Shown here: piece by piece, positions 61,250 to 64,000 of the stretch
Layout of the letters: each line of letters opens with the position of its first letter
How positions within the stretch are numbered: position 1 is the first letter of the stretch
Virus record (IMG/VR): IMGVR_UViG_3300046333_000090
Source: a virus
Direction: 5' to 3' (one strand)
Length of the DNA stretch: 64,000 nt
The notes under the pieces: generated by a model
Databases searched by the model: none
Seen by the model: only the letters and a program-made list of their open reading frames with translations
What the model was told of the DNA's origin: nothing
Position numbers and translations under genes: made by a program

Positions 61250-61900
61250 ATGGCATTAAATATAATGGACTTTCGGACACAATTACTACTTGGTGGCTTT
61301 AGAAGCAACTTGTTCAGAGTAGATCTGTCCTTCCCCTCCCAAATTGATTCATTAAAAGGAAATACTGGGGATAAACCAGCATCAGCAGCAACATTAAATA
61401 CAGCAGCTAGTTTTTTGATTAAATCAGCACAAATACCTAGTATGGACATTGGAGTAATTCCTGTTCCATTTAGAGGAAGAGAATTAAAAGTAGCTGGTGA
61501 CAGAAGTTTTGAGAATTTTTCCTGTACTGTAATTAATGATGGTGAATTTAGATTACGCAAAGGATTTGAGGCATGGTCTAGAGGCATCAATGCGTTGACA
61601 GAAAACGTATCAGAATTAGGATATTCTAATGGATCGGGTACAAACAAAATTAGTTATATTCAAGATATTACATTACATTTATTGAGTAGAGATAATGTTG
61701 CTCCAGAGAGAACACCAGCAAATGCTAGTTCATTTAGTTCTGCTACTGATAAGATTTTGAGAAGTTATCGGTTATACGGTGCATGGGTATCCAGTTTATC
61801 TGGAATGGATCTTGGTTACGAACTCAATAACCAAATTTCGCAGTACAGTGTGACTTTTGCGTACCAGTACTTCGAGGTACTACCAAGTACTACAAATTAA
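61250..61900 (+). CDS. gp19: tail tube protein gp19
   Basis: GGFRSNLFRV...VPFRGRELKVAGDRSFE.F..TVIND..F.LR..FE.W. Confidence 0.95.
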   Translation: MALNIMDFRTQLLLGGFRSNLFRVDLSFPSQIDSLKGNTGDKPASAATLNTAASFLIKSAQIPSMDIGVIPVPFRGRELKVAGDRSFENFSCTVINDGEFRLRKGFEAWSRGINALTENVSELGYSNGSGTNKISYIQDITLHLLSRDNVAPERTPANASSFSSATDKILRSYRLYGAWVSSLSGMDLGYELNNQISQYSVTFAYQYFEVLPSTTN

Positions 61901-62014
61901 TTATTAAATTTAATAAAGCCTTTCTAGATGACTCTAGAAAGGCTTATTTTTATATTCTGACACTAGTAGTCATTATTATAGTTTTCGTGCGTTGTGAGGC
62001 ATCCTAGACCTCTC

Positions 62015-62726
62015 TCAGAGCAGAATAGGTTTACCCCATGTTGCTTGATTCTCTAGATGTGCTTCAATTAATTGATCTAATTTTGTTTGATGTTCTGCTG
62101 TGAATACAATATTAGGATCTGGCAACCAATTAGGTACTTCTTGTAAGTATCTTTCTGGGGGACACTAAACCTGATTTGGTTGCAAATTGGTAATGAATAT
62201 TTTGAAGGTAATTGAGATTTTTAGAACCAAAACTTATACTTTTTCCATTTACTTTTGGCATCCTGATTTGTGTCACATAGCTACCAACATAATTAGTATA
62301 TTGTAACCCAATAAATAAACCAGAAAACTTTTTCTTTATTGTTGTGTTGAACCATTGAGTCAATAGTTCTAGATTGGAACGTATATTATTACTAGCATTA
62401 CTATCTAAATGATTAATTACATAATTTTCATTAGTCTTCGCTCCAAATACTAGTTGATGAATATATGTATTAGCACTATCAGTTCTTGTCTTAAATCTAC
62501 CACTACTATCAAGATTAAAATTATATTGTTTTAGAATATCTACTTTATCAAGATCTATAGAATTAGTATATATTGTACCAGATTTAATATTGAGTAGATG
62601 TAATTTGTCATGTAAAAATAATTGATTATATATTAATTTGTAATTACCATTATTTACATTATGGTGAGGAAGATCGAACTGCCATAATTTTAGTAATGAA
62701 TCAAAGTGAATCATATTACTACTCAT
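62015..62726 (-). pseudogene. HNH family copy 8, frameshifted at a C-run (~62160)
   Basis: INHLDSNASNNIRSNL; the paralog tail ERYLQEVPNW...WGKPILL continues in another frame. Confidence 0.8.
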
Positions 62727-62741
62727 AAAAATTTATTAAAT

Positions 62742-63605
62742 TTAATAAAGTACTTCAACTAACTCGTTAATACCCAAACCAGAGACTTTACACGGTTTTG
62801 TTCCTATAGAAGAACCTCGATCATTATACACTCCAACAATTGTATCAAACTGAGCATTGACATGGTAGTGCCCAAAGTAATATTTCTCTGGATTGATGCG
62901 ATTGAATATACCATTAAGATATACCGCATCTTTATCTAAATCTTCTTTTAAAGTAGGATCGTTTTTATATCGTTGGTCTAAGCAACTTAATTTTAAATAG
63001 GGATAGAATAGCATCGGCGCAGAATGACTGACAACGATATCAAAGTAATTGGCATTTATGAGATTATCTAATATTTTATCAGCATCATTATAAGGAGATA
63101 CTTTAGTTATTTTTTGTGCGCCGTGGCGAGAACAAACTGATAAATGGCGTATATATTCGTCTTCCCACCACGACACATTTTTTTCTCTGTCTACTCGATC
63201 AATAGAAGTTGCACCACCAACAGTCAATAGTTTTTTACATACAGAACCCCCTTTCCAATTAATAACCGAATAGTCTGGTAAAAATTTAATATTGGATAAA
63301 GGTCGATCATATTCCTTTGTACCAATATGAGGTTCATGATTATAATATTGCGAACCCAACTCAGGATAATGGTTATAGTAATTGTCGTGGTTGCCACGAT
63401 TAATTAGTAAAGTAACATCATTACACCTCAAATAATAATCGAGTTTGGATAATTGTTCTTGAGTGAATCCGTAACCAAAATCGCCGACTTGGATAATTGT
63501 GCAGCCTTGTAAATCAAATCTAGTGATGTAGCTGTAGATGACGGCAAGTTCGCCGTGGATGTCGCTTAAAATGAATAGCCGTCCGTTTGTATAAAATTCT
63601 TGCAT
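62742..63605 (-). CDS. calcineurin-like metallophosphoesterase
   Basis: SDIHG, GDFG, RGNHD, SHSAP, FGHYH. Confidence 0.92.
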   Translation of the reverse strand: MQEFYTNGRLFILSDIHGELAVIYSYITRFDLQGCTIIQVGDFGYGFTQEQLSKLDYYLRCNDVTLLINRGNHDNYYNHYPELGSQYYNHEPHIGTKEYDRPLSNIKFLPDYSVINWKGGSVCKKLLTVGGATSIDRVDREKNVSWWEDEYIRHLSVCSRHGAQKITKVSPYNDADKILDNLINANYFDIVVSHSAPMLFYPYLKLSCLDQRYKNDPTLKEDLDKDAVYLNGIFNRINPEKYYFGHYHVNAQFDTIVGVYNDRGSSIGTKPCKVSGLGINELVEVLY

Positions 63606-63706
63606 AAATATAAATCTCTTTTATTACCATAACTAATTAATGGTGTTCTTTATTTATATTCTAACATATATTAGTTCTAAATACTAGAAGAATTACCATT
63701 AATTAG

Positions 63707-64000
63707 TTATGAATGATGTGCCCATGTTCTCCCATATTTAATACCATATATCGCCCCCTGACTGATATTATAAAGTTTGGCAATATATACACAAGTATGA
63801 CCATCTCTTAATAATATTTTTATTTCCTTTACTGATATATTATTAAGTATTGCTCTTGGATTGTTTTCTCCACTATATTTACCAATTCTTGCATCAGAAA
63901 TTTTTTTCTTAGATTCTTCTGTATGATTTTTTCCAAATCTATTATGATTACTTCCAATTTTACCCATTGCAGAATTGGACATTTTTTTCTTAGATTCTTC
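63707..64000 (-). CDS. NUMOD3/HTH C-terminus of a homing endonuclease; 5' part is outside the window
   Basis: HTEESKKKIS repeats and GRTW tail, similar to 16930..17700. Confidence 0.75.
   Translation of the reverse strand, partial: EESKKKMSNSAMGKIGSNHNRFGKNHTEESKKKISDARIGKYSGENNPRAILNNISVKEIKILLRDGHTCVYIAKLYNISQGAIYGIKYGRTWAHHS

Larger units (their letters stand above)
12201..62035 (-). repeat. dispersed ~70-135-bp module (palindrome, AATGACCTTCTAA hairpin, TACTAGTAGTCAT, GGGCATYCTAGACCCCTCTCAG)
   Basis: Copies at ~12201, 17742, 23230, 28160 (inverted), 38210, 44751, 53584, 56040, 58848, 61900; partial copies at 13500, 23800, 25125. Confidence 0.9.
3105..62747. repeat. iterated palindrome TATTAAATTTAATA, at least 27 exact copies
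   Basis: Cores start at 3105, 5375, 6816, 8936, 10633, 12203, 14695, 17744, 18774, 19755, 23232, 26668, 27151, 29783, 31851, 34370, 36865, 39051, 43923, 46045, 49103, 53538, 53586, 56568, 58850, 61902, 62734. Confidence 0.92.

Noticed and set aside
18082-61647. Many short antisense ORFs in the track (e.g. 22262, 25806, 35526, 40548, 51131, 61213)
   Set aside because: They are shadows of well-supported genes on the opposite strand, with no motifs or start signals.
1-64000. Alternative genetic code, tRNA/rRNA genes, or a diversity-generating retroelement
   Set aside because: Core genes are full length in the standard code, and no cloverleaf, rRNA, reverse transcriptase or adenine-specific repeat pair was seen by eye.

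Overview
AT-rich (about 30% GC by eye) segment of a large T4-like myophage. The host is probably a cyanobacterium, judged from cyanobacterial-style IS605/IS607/omega-RNA elements, Calx-beta repeats and cyanomyophage-like structural genes. Positions 1-11 kb hold a TnpB element and then a cluster of small acidic + strand 'early' ORFs separated by repeated terminator/promoter units. A non-coding switch region lies at about 11.0-11.4 kb. Positions 12-64 kb hold T4 core genes (gp5.4/PAAR, gp7-like, gp13, VrlC-like, gp8, gp25, gp6, gp16, gp15, gp14, gp43, gp17, gp18, gp19) in scrambled order and mixed orientation, interleaved with many homing-endonuclease genes and relics. The headline observation is that the large terminase (gp17) is encoded as three dispersed genes (about 26 kb -, 51-53.5 kb -, 54.8-56 kb +). 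These would be joined by two different atypically split inteins plus one cis intein. The first piece is further interrupted, just before Walker A, by a 59-nt hairpin coding gap flanked by matched CCT codons with all three frames closed, which points to ribosomal bypassing or an unknown RNA excision. Other signals are a 14-bp palindrome (TATTAAATTTAATA) iterated at least 27 times including inside genes, a polar repeated DNA module linked to an 8-copy HNH family, and an orphan IscB/IsrB-type omega RNA. All homology calls are from motif recognition by eye; no database search was run.
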